Part shown: positions 45,988 to 58,123 of the stretch, piece after piece
Layout of the letters: every line of letters begins with the position of its first letter
Numbering within the stretch: the first letter of the stretch is position 1
Origin: Trypanosoma brucei
Taxonomy: Eukaryota
NCBI GenBank assembly: GCA_000002445.1
Contig: CP000069.1
Location: forward strand, 384,001-448,000
Length of the DNA stretch: 64,000 nucleotides
Direction: 5' to 3'
Notes under the pieces: model-generated
Seen by the model: the letters and a program-made list of their open reading frames with translations, nothing else
Told to the model about the DNA's origin: nothing
The model's database searches: none
Program-made: the position numbers and the translations under genes

Positions 45988-47199
45988 CTACGAATAAAAA
46001 TCATATTGTTCATCACCCGTCTTGCGAGTGACTGTACGATAGGCACTTTCAATGTCTTTTGGTAGGACAACATATCTGTTCTTCCGCACCGCCAACATAC
46101 CCGCCTCATGACAAATGGACTGAATATCTGCACCTGTAAGCCGTTCCGGTCGCGTGACAAATTCCTCCAAGTCAACCTCAGGTGAAAGGTTCATTCGAGA
46201 TGTACAAACCTGGAAGACAAGCCGTTTCTGACGGCGATCGGGGTAGGGGAATTCGATCTTGCGATCAAGACGTCCAGGCCGAAGGATTGCGGGGTCCAGC
46301 GTATCCCAGCGATTGGTCGCCATGATAACTTTCACGTTAGTTGTCTGATCAAAACCATCCATTTGGGCCAACAGCTCAATTAACACCCGTTGAACCTCAC
46401 GATCAGCACCGGTTTGCGCATCAAAACGTTTGGTTGCAATGCTGTCAACCTCGTCTATAAAAATAATTGCCGGGGCATTTTCTCGTGCAAGTCGAAACAC
46501 ATCACGCACCTTACGCGGACCCTCGCCAAGGTACTTCTGCACAAATTCCGAACCCACCACACTAATGAAGGCCGCATTCGTGTGATGTGCAACAGCTTTC
46601 ACAAGCATTGTTTTGCCGGTGCCGGGTGGGCCGTAGAGCAAAACGCCACGTGGAGGGTCGATTCCAATCTGGTCGTATAGTGAGGCATGTGTAAGAGGTA
46701 ACTCAACCGCTTCCCGAATTTCTTGTTTTTGCATGTCGAGCCCACCCACATCACTGTACGTCACGTTTGGCCTATCTTCTTTACGGAGAACGTGGACCGC
46801 CGAGTCTATTTCATTGGGAAGAATCTGGACGCATGAATTGCTGCCCTTATGCAACCCCACACTTGCGCCAGGTTTCAGTTTTTCCTTGTCCAAGGTGCTT
46901 AAAATGCGTACATAGTAGTTGCTGCTCGAACTACCACCTACAATACCACGACCCGCCTCTACTGCCTCCACAAAAGTGCCAAGTACCAACGGGACAGCTT
47001 GAATTCGTTTCACTTCCTGTTTGGCTGCGCTCTCCTCCTTTTGGAGATGGTGCGTTTCTGTTTTGCAGATCATCGTCTTGAGTTCAAGGTTTTGTATGCT
47101 TCGCACCAGCCGCTCATGTTCTTCATACAAACTCAACGTCGCCGCGGGGGTACCACCTGCAACTGCGGCATTTGTTGTTTGCGCTAAAAGTGAAGTCAT
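45988..47199 (-). CDS. RPT3: 26S proteasome regulatory subunit ATPase Rpt3 (PSMC4 orthologue), AAA+ family
   Basis: Walker A GPPGTGKT and Walker B IIFIDEVD are present. The region from [53 protein letters not shown] onward aligns closely with my memory of human PSMC4. There is an N-terminal coiled coil. The track start at 47214 is GTG, and the first ATG (MTSLLAQ) is at 47199. Confidence 0.85.
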   Translation of the reverse strand: MTSLLAQTTNAAVAGGTPAATLSLYEEHERLVRSIQNLELKTMICKTETHHLQKEESAAKQEVKRIQAVPLVLGTFVEAVEAGRGIVGGSSSSNYYVRILSTLDKEKLKPGASVGLHKGSNSCVQILPNEIDSAVHVLRKEDRPNVTYSDVGGLDMQKQEIREAVELPLTHASLYDQIGIDPPRGVLLYGPPGTGKTMLVKAVAHHTNAAFISVVGSEFVQKYLGEGPRKVRDVFRLARENAPAIIFIDEVDSIATKRFDAQTGADREVQRVLIELLAQMDGFDQTTNVKVIMATNRWDTLDPAILRPGRLDRKIEFPYPDRRQKRLVFQVCTSRMNLSPEVDLEEFVTRPERLTGADIQSICHEAGMLAVRKNRYVVLPKDIESAYRTVTRKTGDEQYDFYS

Positions 47200-47805
47200 C
47201 CACCCCTTCTTCACTACCTTACGTACGAAGAAACAATCACGTGTTCAGTACGCTTCTTTTTCTTCTTCCCTTTCCTGTCCTGTAGAGTCGGTTTGGTGCC
47301 TCAAAGCAAAACTCGGCCCGTTATTTTTTCTGTGCCCTCCACACACACGGAGCTTTATGTATCTTTCCCTCTTTCTTTCTTTTTTTTTGTTTTCCACAAT
47401 AATTTCTTATTTATCTTCACTACCGCAAGATATATATATATATATATATTGCTCTCGCCACAAAATAAAAGAGTTCCCCGCACTCAACTGATAGTCAAAT
47501 GATCGAATAACTCGTCAAATACAGACCAATCCCACCTCTCCTTCGTTTTGTCGTGTTGTTCCTTTTTTTTTTTGATAGCGGAAGGGCAGGTATGTAACAT
47601 ATGTAATGTTTGGTAAGGTGATGTGAGTGACAGAGGTAGAGGCAGAGATGGATGGATGGATGTAAAGATGGTAGAACATTTTTTTTTTAAAAAAGAGAAG
47701 CAAATATCAGTTTAAATTTATGCACATAACCAATGGCCATCATCACGTCGCAATACTGCAAAATATAAATATATAATATCAAATATACATCCACCACAAA
47801 ATAAG

Positions 47806-47830
47806 TATATATATATATATATATATATAT
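47806..47830. repeat. (TA)12 microsatellite
   Basis: Direct read. A second (TA)n of about 10 units lies at about 47430..47449. Confidence 0.9.
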
Positions 47831-48653
47831 GTTTATTTTAGCGGATGGAACAAAATTTACGGGTGAGAAAAAGAAGCCACAGCGCCCCTCTACACAGTTG
47901 ACAGCTCACCCCATCATTGCCAGTGGCTAGAGAAAAAAAGTAAAAAAAAACATAGGTTCACAAAATTATTAAAAACAGTGAAATTCAGAGATACAATATA
48001 TTTAGATATATATGATGTATATGTATACCCTGTCAGTGAAATGCACATACATATACAAATCAGATAAACGAACGCGAAAGACGATCGTAGCAAATAAATA
48101 CAAAAATACCGATACCCACACGCATATAAATAAATATGTATATTTGTGTGCGTATATTAGTAGTAGGAGGGGGGAAGCAATGACGTTAACGAGCAGAGAT
48201 ATCTCGTTTTCATTAAAAAAAAAACAAACTTTTCCCTCCACGTTTGCGCGGTCTTTCTTCCACTACCGCACTGTAACGTCGTACAAGTGGAGACTGGACC
48301 TTAACGGATTATGCGGTGGGGAATTTTTTCACAAAGGAGGTGTGAAGCGCAAAAATAATAATAATAGGAGTTGTTGTTATTGAAAAATATGGGAACTGCA
48401 GTACGGGGGTAGGGAAGAAGATAAAATATAAAAAAAGAAGTGAGTCAGCCTCCGAATATATCTTTCGTCCAGCTGCCTCTACGCCACGTTTTCGCCTCAC
48501 TTTCCTTTCCATTGCATGAATCGACGTTCATCCAATTCGACAGTTATACCGCTTTGGTGTCTTTCCCAACCTTCCTCTTCCTCTTTATTTCTTTCTTTGT
48601 GTGTGTCCTCACCAGCGATTCATCCATTTGACTTGCGCCAGTTATTTCTTTTC

Positions 48654-50132
48654 CTACTCGTGCGCCTCTTCATAGTACACATGGGCCTCCGATACGTCAA
48701 CACATCCGCGCTGCCACCTTTTTTGGGCATGGGCTCGCTCGATCCTTGCAATCAGCTGATCTGCAGTTTCACGCAAGTTACTCAATGGTATTTTTCCTTC
48801 CGACGTGCCACCGCTGGAAACTGCACCGGCCATGGTATTGACAGAATCATTACGAGGCATCACACGAGCACCGGCGTCAGTCTCCCAGGAGACACGATTT
48901 CGACTCCGTTCAACACTGTATTGCTGTTTTGCTCCCCAATGCGTAGCTATGCATGGCGGAAGGAAGTTACCTTGGCGGGTACCTCCAGTGAGGGGATTGC
49001 AAGAAAGTTGTGGAGGTTGCGACAGGGGATTAAGCCGGGCCGGGCGGAGCACCGGGAGGGGCCGTTTCTTCTTTTTCCTCACATTTTCCGGTGACTCGGC
49101 ATCAGGATCGGATTCGGCGTACACATTGCTGCGCGTATTGGTTGAAATCACCCTACCCGAGGAGCCAACGTGCCCACTAGTGATGGTGATAGTCGGAGCG
49201 TGAGCTGCAGTACACATATCGACGGTGCTATCTGAAGAGCTTGACGTTTCCTCACCGAATGACGTACTGCTATCAGATGTGCAAACAGGAGCTGTGTTCG
49301 TGGTTACCTTTTTTGATTGGTGCCGGCAAGAGACTTCCATATCTGAACTACATGTTTGAATCATCTCACAGCACTGCTCTAGTGCGCTGCGCAGCTTTCC
49401 TGAAGCGGCATATGGATCCTTCAGAGCATCGGTAATCAGTTTCCTCATTTCCACCAAGACTTTGCTCATGCGAGCCTCATTACAGTTGCCGTCACACACG
49501 TCTTGCCTCGAAACATCCTCAGCACATTCCTCATCAGGGATCGACTGTGTCTCCTCACTCTTCTGTACAGACCCTTTTCGTAGCACCATGAGTATTTTCA
49601 TGCACCGCCGCCTGTACACGGCAGCGGTCCTTCGGAGGTCACCAATTTCTCTCAGAAGAAGCATTACTCCGTTCAGTGCGCTCGTGGTATCAAACACGTC
49701 CTGTACCTCTCCTGCACTATAGTTTCCATCATCCCACCCCTTCGGCAATACACACAGGTGTTCGCAGGCACGCATGATACGGTGTGATGTGCTTTTATGT
49801 TCAGAAGCTCCATATACCGCAAAATTAAGCCCATCCCTGCAAACGTCTCCCCGCGAGCCATACTCATTCACCACTAGTTGCCGCAATGCTTCCTTCAGTG
49901 ACAGCACCATTCCTTGCGAAGGCGCCCCAATGGAATGGGAGTTGCTGACGCCTTGTCTCTTAGTAATTGGAATGCGAATCTGCTCATCTATGTATCCAGC
50001 GATTAGCAGGCAGAACGCTCGCGTGTTTTGATTGCCAATAGGACGTCTGGCACTTTTCCCCAGCAGATCGTCTGCAGGAACGGCAGCAGCATCGGTCACA
50101 ACCTTCAAACAATCACAAGAAGGCGCGCACAT
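48654..50132 (-). CDS. hypothetical protein (about 492 aa from first ATG; 597-aa maximal ORF)
   Basis: This is a long minus-strand ORF with no recognised domain. The track start is TTG. The first in-frame ATG is codon 106 (MCAPSC), so the true start is uncertain. Confidence 0.45.
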   Translation of the reverse strand: MCAPSCDCLKVVTDAAAVPADDLLGKSARRPIGNQNTRAFCLLIAGYIDEQIRIPITKRQGVSNSHSIGAPSQGMVLSLKEALRQLVVNEYGSRGDVCRDGLNFAVYGASEHKSTSHRIMRACEHLCVLPKGWDDGNYSAGEVQDVFDTTSALNGVMLLLREIGDLRRTAAVYRRRCMKILMVLRKGSVQKSEETQSIPDEECAEDVSRQDVCDGNCNEARMSKVLVEMRKLITDALKDPYAASGKLRSALEQCCEMIQTCSSDMEVSCRHQSKKVTTNTAPVCTSDSSTSFGEETSSSSDSTVDMCTAAHAPTITITSGHVGSSGRVISTNTRSNVYAESDPDAESPENVRKKKKRPLPVLRPARLNPLSQPPQLSCNPLTGGTRQGNFLPPCIATHWGAKQQYSVERSRNRVSWETDAGARVMPRNDSVNTMAGAVSSGGTSEGKIPLSNLRETADQLIARIERAHAQKRWQRGCVDVSEAHVYYEEAHE

Positions 50133-51315
50133 GCTCCAGCCAACTCCCGCGCTTTTACGTGGAGTATGTGTATACCAATCGGAACGGTTTATTCCTGCTG
50201 TTGGTGATAAAGAAAAAGTTGTGCAAGTGTATGTATATATATGTGGTTTGAATATGGTGATAAAGCCTTGTCCCCTCCGACCTGTACTGCGCCACCAATA
50301 TTTGCTCGAGTTGATTGTACGTTGTATAGTAAGCACGACAAGAATGTGGCTACCAACCTGCAATTGCGCAAGTTCCTGTGGGTTGCGGCTTTTTGCAGAT
50401 GGGCAAGAGAAGGGAAGGTAAAAGACCCTTTCAAAGTGGCGACGCAAAGAAACTAGAACAGTGGTGGCCGGCTAGCTTCCATTGCGTTTATACAAGTATT
50501 TGTTGATTCGAGTTGAGAAGAGAAAAGCCATGGGATCGAAGGGAAACATATATGCGAAAAGAAAGATTAGGGGAAAGGAGGGGGAAACACCACAAGAAGA
50601 CGACAAAGACAAGAAAACGGAGGGAATAAGTATTTATCAGGACTAACACCAACGTCGGCGGCCGAATGAATCAGGTGAGAAAAGGGGGGGATAATTTAGC
50701 AAATTGTAGACAAATATGTCAAAGATGTGATGGGGGAAAATGGTGATAACCTCTTGTAGGCAAATAAATGGATATGTGTACCCATCTGTAGCCTTGTGGG
50801 CGTGTCTGTAAATGAGTGCACGTGATATGAGCACTTGTTTATCAGAAATGAACATAACAACAGACCAGATGAGAGATTAATGCCGCAAAACACTACAAAA
50901 CAAAAACGGCCGCATGGGTGCAACAACGCTTACACGCCTCCATGGTGACAAAACAAGCGGGATGATATATCAAAAAGCGAGGAACCGATGGGAAAATACC
51001 TACGGAAAAGAGGAAAGCATTTCGTGCCCTACTCCGTGTTACTTTCTGCAAGAAAAACATGGCAAACAAGCTAGTATGTGCACATCCACCTTCTCAAATG
51101 GATATTTAGCATATAACCAGGCACTCAGACAACAATAAAAGGGAAGGAACCCCGTGCACGCACACACGCAAACAACCCTTTGCGCCCCTTTCGTTGCAGC
51201 ATCCGCCTGACTCCCACACCCGCTTAAGACATAAGAAAAATGCACATCTCCACATCATCGAAACACGAAGCAGGCTTTTCCTCATCCTGACACTCCCTTA
51301 CTGAACATTTGTAGA

Positions 51316-54300
51316 CTAATATGCAGTTTTAGCTGATCCACGCAAAAGATGAAACAAATCATTTACGCGGTTTGGGAATAAAGTATCGTCGCGTCCATCA
51401 CCACTTTCTTCACCGACGGCCTTCCGACAGCGTTCATACAAAACGATGTACGGAGTCTCATGCGGTCCGACGACACCGCTGGAACCTTTGAGGACAGCAT
51501 CAATATCCTTGGACTGTACCGACGATATGTGCGAGTCATTTGCTAACGCCCACAAGCCATCTTCGTCATTCTCCCTCTCCCCCTTTACCTCCGGGCATTC
51601 CTTCCCAGTTGAATCAGCGCCTGAAGGATGAAAAAGAAGTGAAAAATAGTGTCCGGAGTACACACCGGGCCCATTATGCAGCAAAACACCCCTCAGTTTG
51701 TATTGCACTTGGATGTCAACAAGCTCATCGCATTCTCCACGCTCCTCACGATGTGCGTTAGGATCAGGTGAGGTAATCATATTACCCATATTTCCATCAT
51801 CTTGACTACTATGGAGCGGTGAGCGACTTGATTTCCTTTCCACTCGAACTGGAACATGCAAACACTTCTCGATAGCCACTGCGTCCATCACTTTTTCGTG
51901 TGACTCCGAAGCGTGCGAGTACTGAAAGCGGTTCAGCTGCAAAATGAGGTAGTGTGGAATCCCTTCAACGGCGCTCTCTTCCACAACCCCTTGGGACTGT
52001 TCATCTTCCTCATTCTCAAAATGTGCACCTAACCCTGCCGAATGATTAACCGTTCCGTGCATGGCGGTGAACATCTCCGCCTGCTCATTGCTGCAACAAG
52101 ATTCACAGAATATCATATTTTCACCTTGAAGGACCTCCCTTGACTCGCGGTAGTTCAGAACCCTGCCGAGTAATTGCTGCAAGGACCGCTGAAAAGGCAC
52201 CCCTGCATTATTCTCATTCTCCTCAGCGTCGCACGACGCACAATCAGATTTACTTTCTACCCCTCTCATGGAAGCGTTATCCGTGTGATATGTGGTTATG
52301 GCCACACGACCATCGGCAGATAGTGCTATTTCTGTACTTTTGGAAATCTCCCGCTCATCGTTGGCAGTTGGCCCCTGAGCAGCGACACACGCAGATGATG
52401 TTACATGTGCTGCACCGTCACCATCACGGCGCAGTGGAACAGTAACAATCCAAAATGGGGCCCGCCGTGAGCGTGCCGCTCCGCATCCACTGCACTTAAT
52501 GGTGGACACGAGGTTCCCACCAAACCACCTTGAAACAAGCATGGGCCGCTGCTTCTCGTCTTTGCGTTTCCCAAACTTGGTGCCCGAATCAGAGCAGTCT
52601 TCATTGCTCTCATCTTGTCCCTCTATGTTGTCATTTTTTTCTGTAAACACGAAGTTGTCGATACGATCCATCAATGCCATAGCAAATTCGGAGGTATCGT
52701 GCTGGCGACCGTCGTTAAACGGCGGCGGCAAACATTGCTGCAGACGGTATGTATCAATGGCACAGCTATTATACCCGTTGCGTAGATGCCAGTGCATTTG
52801 GCTTAGAATAAGTGCTACCATAACAACTAGTTCGTCGGCACCACGAGAAAGCTTGTGGAAAACCGCCGTCGTCACTTTAGTTGAATCAACATTATTTTTT
52901 TTATTACTGTTGATGTCAGCGTTGCCGCCAGCGTCTTCGCCAACTTGCCCATCAGCAGCGCCTCGCTCGCTGAGTACCTGGAGGACACCGCGCACCAATT
53001 CCAAGCTAAAATATTTCGCGGTGAAAAGAAGCTGAAGAAAGCTATTTACGAAGCATGTATTTCCAGCATTCCTAAGGCCCAAGAAAAGTTGACAAACCGC
53101 AGAGACCGCCTCTCCCGATTCCTTACCACGCCGAGCAGCAGCCAAGTTGCCTAATCCGTCTGCCATTTCGAAGTTGTCGGCATTTCTTCTGGGGCCATCG
53201 AGTGACGGGGCTAATTTGACACCAGGTGCCGCATACAGTGGTTTCATTACCTCTCCGCTCGGGCAGCAGCTGGAAAGTTGTTTTCGACCCGCACCGTCGG
53301 CCCCACCTGATGAGTTTTTGTAATAATCTAGGAAAAGTCGGGGGATATGTCCCCGAAAGAGATTCGCCACTGTACTCAACTCATCTCTCGTCATATTTAC
53401 CGGCGTGCAGCACCGCTGCAGAGCTGGGAACACACTAAAGCATGCAAGGGAGAAGATGAGATGTGGCGTGGTGGATTTGGTAAACCTCCACACTTCTTCC
53501 GAAATCATTTCGAGGGCAATGCGTCCCACCATACTAATATCACCGACCACTGGCCTCGTCACCTCGGCCAAGTTCCCCAATGATTCTGTTATCAAGTGTA
53601 CGAAGGAGGGCACATCATTGTGCATTGAAGTCTTTAAGAGGGAACAAAACGCACTCACTGTGTACAAGCCGCTGCCATCCGCGGCTGGGCCGCCAACTGC
53701 ACACCCAGGAATGCTATCGGCAGGAATCGTATCATTAAGTGCAAAAATATGGAGCATCTTCAGTATTGAGTACGCCCTTTGGAGTAGCAAATGGATTACT
53801 ATTTGCTCGGATCGCCCATTATTGTTGTGACGGCAGTCAAATGGATCCTTGTGGCATCCGAAAAATTGCGCAGCAACCGGAACGCCATTCCGTTGCGCAA
53901 GCGGTGACTTTTTGAAATCGCTTATTTTCCTTGCGGCAGTCGAAAGGATCTCTCCCGCAACTCTGTGCAAACACCAAAGTGCTACGTCTAGTGGTGGAAG
54001 GGATGACTCAATACTGTCTGTCTCATCGTCGTGTGATAAGGGAGAAGTTGCTGTCTCTACTCTTCTTCTTCGTCTCCCTCGCCCACTGAAGGTTTCCTGC
54101 CGTGGCTTCGCGAAGTTGACGCCGAACGCGAGAAACCCAGAAACAGCTCCAGCAAAAAGCGATGGTTCAGCTGACCCAGCAAGGCTACTAAGAACGATCC
54201 CGGCAATGGTCCCATCGGCAGTCGCAAAATTGTTCTCCCCTGACCCCTCACTACTAACCTCATCCCTGCTCATTCCGGTTTCCCGTGAGCGGGTGAAGAC

Positions 54301-54606
54301 ATCCATCCGGGAATTATGGTAGGCCGTCTGCAGGGCGCTGCGCACCAAAGCTAACCCTAGCGGTGAAACATTTTCCACGTAATTACGACTCCTTTCGACG
54401 CGCATTCCAATATCTGATATGCGGCCAACAATAAAGTTTATGACATCGCGTTGACATGGTAGTGTAACTTTCTGAGATTGCCTAAAAAGGGCTGGTGAAT
54501 TAAGTTGCAGCAAAATATCAATAAGTGATGGTTGCGCACGCCGTTCCGCCTCTCCTTCCTCTATGGAGTATTGCTGCGAAAGAAAGTCACTGCCCGCACT
54601 AACCAT
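51316..54606 (-). CDS. ubiquitin carboxyl-terminal hydrolase (USP family, peptidase C19)
   Basis: The Cys box GLRNAGNTCFVNSFLQLLF and the His box YKLRGVLLHNGPGVYSGHYFSL are present. The track start at 54639 is TTG, and the first ATG (MVSAGS) is at 54606. Confidence 0.8.
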   Translation of the reverse strand: MVSAGSDFLSQQYSIEEGEAERRAQPSLIDILLQLNSPALFRQSQKVTLPCQRDVINFIVGRISDIGMRVERSRNYVENVSPLGLALVRSALQTAYHNSRMDVFTRSRETGMSRDEVSSEGSGENNFATADGTIAGIVLSSLAGSAEPSLFAGAVSGFLAFGVNFAKPRQETFSGRGRRRRRVETATSPLSHDDETDSIESSLPPLDVALWCLHRVAGEILSTAARKISDFKKSPLAQRNGVPVAAQFFGCHKDPFDCRHNNNGRSEQIVIHLLLQRAYSILKMLHIFALNDTIPADSIPGCAVGGPAADGSGLYTVSAFCSLLKTSMHNDVPSFVHLITESLGNLAEVTRPVVGDISMVGRIALEMISEEVWRFTKSTTPHLIFSLACFSVFPALQRCCTPVNMTRDELSTVANLFRGHIPRLFLDYYKNSSGGADGAGRKQLSSCCPSGEVMKPLYAAPGVKLAPSLDGPRRNADNFEMADGLGNLAAARRGKESGEAVSAVCQLFLGLRNAGNTCFVNSFLQLLFTAKYFSLELVRGVLQVLSERGAADGQVGEDAGGNADINSNKKNNVDSTKVTTAVFHKLSRGADELVVMVALILSQMHWHLRNGYNSCAIDTYRLQQCLPPPFNDGRQHDTSEFAMALMDRIDNFVFTEKNDNIEGQDESNEDCSDSGTKFGKRKDEKQRPMLVSRWFGGNLVSTIKCSGCGAARSRRAPFWIVTVPLRRDGDGAAHVTSSACVAAQGPTANDEREISKSTEIALSADGRVAITTYHTDNASMRGVESKSDCASCDAEENENNAGVPFQRSLQQLLGRVLNYRESREVLQGENMIFCESCCSNEQAEMFTAMHGTVNHSAGLGAHFENEEDEQSQGVVEESAVEGIPHYLILQLNRFQYSHASESHEKVMDAVAIEKCLHVPVRVERKSSRSPLHSSQDDGNMGNMITSPDPNAHREERGECDELVDIQVQYKLRGVLLHNGPGVYSGHYFSLLFHPSGADSTGKECPEVKGERENDEDGLWALANDSHISSVQSKDIDAVLKGSSGVVGPHETPYIVLYERCRKAVGEESGDGRDDTLFPNRVNDLFHLLRGSAKTAY

Positions 54607-55497
54607 CACACGGTCGGGTATTCCCTCCGGCTTCCGCAAGGAAAAAAGTCTTTCCTCACCCTCGTCTCCAGCAAACTGTGCAAATGTACGTACTCACGTA
54701 CAGTTTTTATTCCTCACTCTTTAAAAAAAAAAAAGCGTATCGGCTCACGCGTCCTGCACTAGCACTTTGACGCCCTTGAGAATAAATGGGTGCCTATTTA
54801 TTTGCCTTACGGCCGTCTCACAATGTTTTTTGTTACTTCCCTACTTTATAATAGCAACAACAATTGTAACCGTTGCTGTTACTGCCCTTATATATAGGGT
54901 CTTAATGTGTATTCCCCTACTCTCGCTCAAGAGAAATGAAAAAAGGGGGTGAATAATCGAAAGACCACAACACATGTACGTACGCTGACGGGGAAAAGAT
55001 AGAAGGAAGAATGCACAGAATTCACCAAGGTGAAAGCGGAGGAGTTTGCGTGCAGATGGGATTGAGGAAGGAACAAGTGCACGTTCAATGAAGTTTCGGT
55101 TTTTACTTCACACGTGCATTTAGATTCTCCACCTCTCCACTTGACAGGCACGGGCAGACGTAAGACTACGCAAACCCCAAAAATTCACAACGACACAGAA
55201 AGATGTCTTTCCTTTTTCTGCTTGCCCCCACGTATTAACCTTTCCACTCAGCAAACCTCGTAGGTAAGTCACTGACTATTGCAGTGGTGCGCAGGCGATA
55301 GTGGAGAGTAAATCATAAAGTCAAGAGCCAAAGTCATTAGTCCCATCCGCTGCGCAGGCCTTCTCAACAAAAATGAGCTCACTGGTGATATCCATTATTT
55401 TCAACTTCTCACCGGTATCCGCGCATATGTGGCAACGAGAAATCGAAGAAAGACAAACTCCCATTGTGAGGATTCAAATTAGTCTGTACGAAACTGA

Positions 55498-57717
55498 TCA
55501 GCTAAGCGCAAGCAAGGAGGACCTCGCTTTAAACTCTCGCATGTTAACGGTCGCCATTCCCGTCAATTGCAGTTCCACTAACGATCGTATCAGCGATTCA
55601 TCCGAAAGCTGACAAATTCGCTGTATTAGAGAAAGTGGCACAAATTGCTGCTTAACGTTAGAGCTTGCCATCGCATGGGAGGTGAGAAGGTGCAATACTC
55701 GCACCGAGTCAGGAATTAGGGGACTGAAAAAGTTATTGTACGTCACACCACAGTACGTGTCTCCATGCCGCAGAGCCTCACTTGGAGTACCCTCATCACA
55801 TTTACCGCCGGCACACGGAAAGGCTCTTACAGCCTTCTGCACTTCCTCCAACGAGTCGTGCGGTGGGAGCACGGCCAAAAGGGTGGAGCGGAGCAACTCT
55901 GTTGCCAGCGACACCTTTGCGCCGGGTACGGCCATAATTGGTGGTAAAGAAAGGGGCCTTCTCATTACGTACTGTTGTTCCTGAGAAAGTTCGTCGCGAA
56001 TATACGCCCCAGAGCCTGTTAATGCGTTAGGCACGAACACCGGAACGCAGCTGGTCAGTGCCTTGGACAAATCGGTAGGCCCCACCGACTTCGGCGATAA
56101 GCGCTCCACATACGCGGTCAAACCGGGTATACGTTTCAGCCGCGTCAGCCTACCGAAAACAAGGTCTTCGTACAGTACAGCGAACGCAACAGCCTCATTC
56201 AATAGATGACCATCTGCCCATTCACAAGCGGCAGCGAAGAGGATGTTCAGAAGCTCGATGCTATTAGAAAGCTGTGTCATATTCTCATGGTAGCCTCTCG
56301 ATGTCCCCTGCACCACATTTGCTGGAGAAGTTGTGACATCATTAGCCTCACTCATTGTGGCATGCATCGAGGAGGATAGTGCGAAGGGAGAGAGCAGTGA
56401 ATGGAGACCCACCACGACATCCGAAAGTTGGTGTCGAAACGCCCAGAGCGACTGCAACTGCCGAAGCAACAACGGCGGCAGTATCACTGGGAAACGGCGA
56501 AGGGCCTCTCGCAGAAAGCAACAGAAGGGTAAATTTTCGTACCGAACAAAAAATAAACTCGGTTTGGACCCTTGCAATTTCGCGGCGTTTTCTTGCTCGT
56601 TTTTTCCATGGTTCACGCTGTTGCCGTCGCAACTACCATCCGCCTCGACACCACGTGATTCCATTGGAGCGCTCAGCCACAATTTAAGACGCTCAAGGAA
56701 TGGTACACATTCATTTTCCTCACCACCACCACTATCAACATCCTGCCGGCGGTGCAACATTCGATCAGCAGATCCTTGGAACAGTTTCACGCAATAGTGA
56801 CAACTCATAGGACCTCTCAGCGACTCCTCAAGCAGTGCGCCGCCGTAAGCGAGATCGTCCGGGAGCAGAAGTACAGAGAAGCGAATACGAGTGCGTCGAG
56901 TTGACTGCCTCACGCGACATAGAGCAGATAGCGAACTAATGTCATACAGAAGCAGTGTCAGAGGATCTTTTGTACGCCGCGACCTTTCAGTTGCAGAACT
57001 ACAGTTTCCGCCACCTACAGCAGCACGTTGTGCATTTCCCGCATTTGCACAGCACCGAACAATAAACAGTGCATATTTAACGCATAGACCGCAACCCCGT
57101 CCATGCAGTTGTACCTGTGCGCGACGTCTTGGGTTATGGAAGTCTGTGTGTGCGACTCGCTCCGCTAATCCGGATTTTTCATCATCGTCTCTACGGCGCT
57201 TCGCGCCCGAAAGGTAAATGTTACTGCAGTCGACACCTGTATCCCCTTCTCCTTCTTTCCCATCCTCCGCGTAAACGGCATCGCACCAATTCCGCGCCGC
57301 CTCTATACAATTAAGTCGTAGCACGCTGGCACTGGCATTGTAGGCACTTGCCCCCCGAGAACTGTCTTCAAGGCCCCGACAGTCGGGCATCAAGTTTACG
57401 GTGAAGACACGAAATCCCCGTCTCTCAAAGTCTTGTACGAGCGCGACTCGCTCCTGATGGGATGTAGAGGGTGCGAGAGAAACCTCTGCTGCTATAGCAA
57501 GTGGCAGGAACCCGTAGCAACCAAGTAGAGTGTTGGGTATCTGGAGAGAATCACTTTTAGTGTCACCGTCTCCGTCGGCCCGATTCAAAACTGTTGAAGG
57601 GCTCTCCTCCCAGGCCTCTCCACGGAGAAAGGCAAGTAGTGCATTGATTCCTTCGGACATGAGTAGGGCCGCGACTCGCGCAGCAGCTCCATCGAGTATA
57701 GCGAGAACATCACTCAT
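55498..57717 (-). CDS. hypothetical protein (739 aa)
   Basis: This is a long ORF with a verified ATG (CAT at 57715-57717). I recognise no domain. Confidence 0.5.
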   Translation of the reverse strand: MSDVLAILDGAAARVAALLMSEGINALLAFLRGEAWEESPSTVLNRADGDGDTKSDSLQIPNTLLGCYGFLPLAIAAEVSLAPSTSHQERVALVQDFERRGFRVFTVNLMPDCRGLEDSSRGASAYNASASVLRLNCIEAARNWCDAVYAEDGKEGEGDTGVDCSNIYLSGAKRRRDDDEKSGLAERVAHTDFHNPRRRAQVQLHGRGCGLCVKYALFIVRCCANAGNAQRAAVGGGNCSSATERSRRTKDPLTLLLYDISSLSALCRVRQSTRRTRIRFSVLLLPDDLAYGGALLEESLRGPMSCHYCVKLFQGSADRMLHRRQDVDSGGGEENECVPFLERLKLWLSAPMESRGVEADGSCDGNSVNHGKNEQENAAKLQGSKPSLFFVRYENLPFCCFLREALRRFPVILPPLLLRQLQSLWAFRHQLSDVVVGLHSLLSPFALSSSMHATMSEANDVTTSPANVVQGTSRGYHENMTQLSNSIELLNILFAAACEWADGHLLNEAVAFAVLYEDLVFGRLTRLKRIPGLTAYVERLSPKSVGPTDLSKALTSCVPVFVPNALTGSGAYIRDELSQEQQYVMRRPLSLPPIMAVPGAKVSLATELLRSTLLAVLPPHDSLEEVQKAVRAFPCAGGKCDEGTPSEALRHGDTYCGVTYNNFFSPLIPDSVRVLHLLTSHAMASSNVKQQFVPLSLIQRICQLSDESLIRSLVELQLTGMATVNMREFKARSSLLALS

Positions 57718-58123
57718 TCACTTCTTACAAAACACAAGAGAGCACGAACGGTGTCTCTCCCGTCTTTGTTGTGATTTCGATAGAGAAATTGGGTGACAAA
57801 AAAAAAAGGTCAGGTATGCATAAAAGCACAAACACATATGTATTTATTTATTAAGACATTCACATAATTCACAAAATCTGTCTTTTTCGGAGAAAGGGAG
57901 TGACATGGTGTGTTTCACGCACGCCCTGAGCTTTGGTGACGAGGAAGCAACGAGACCTTTATAATGATAACTTGTCGAACTCGGTAACACCCTCGCCATC
58001 GCCACAACACGGCACGCTCACGCGCACCACGACACGGTAGCAGAAAAAGTACTTGTTTAAGCTACAAAACGTAATTTCAGCACCCGCGCAACGGCGTGCC
58101 CCTTTTCGCTCTCATACAGTCAA

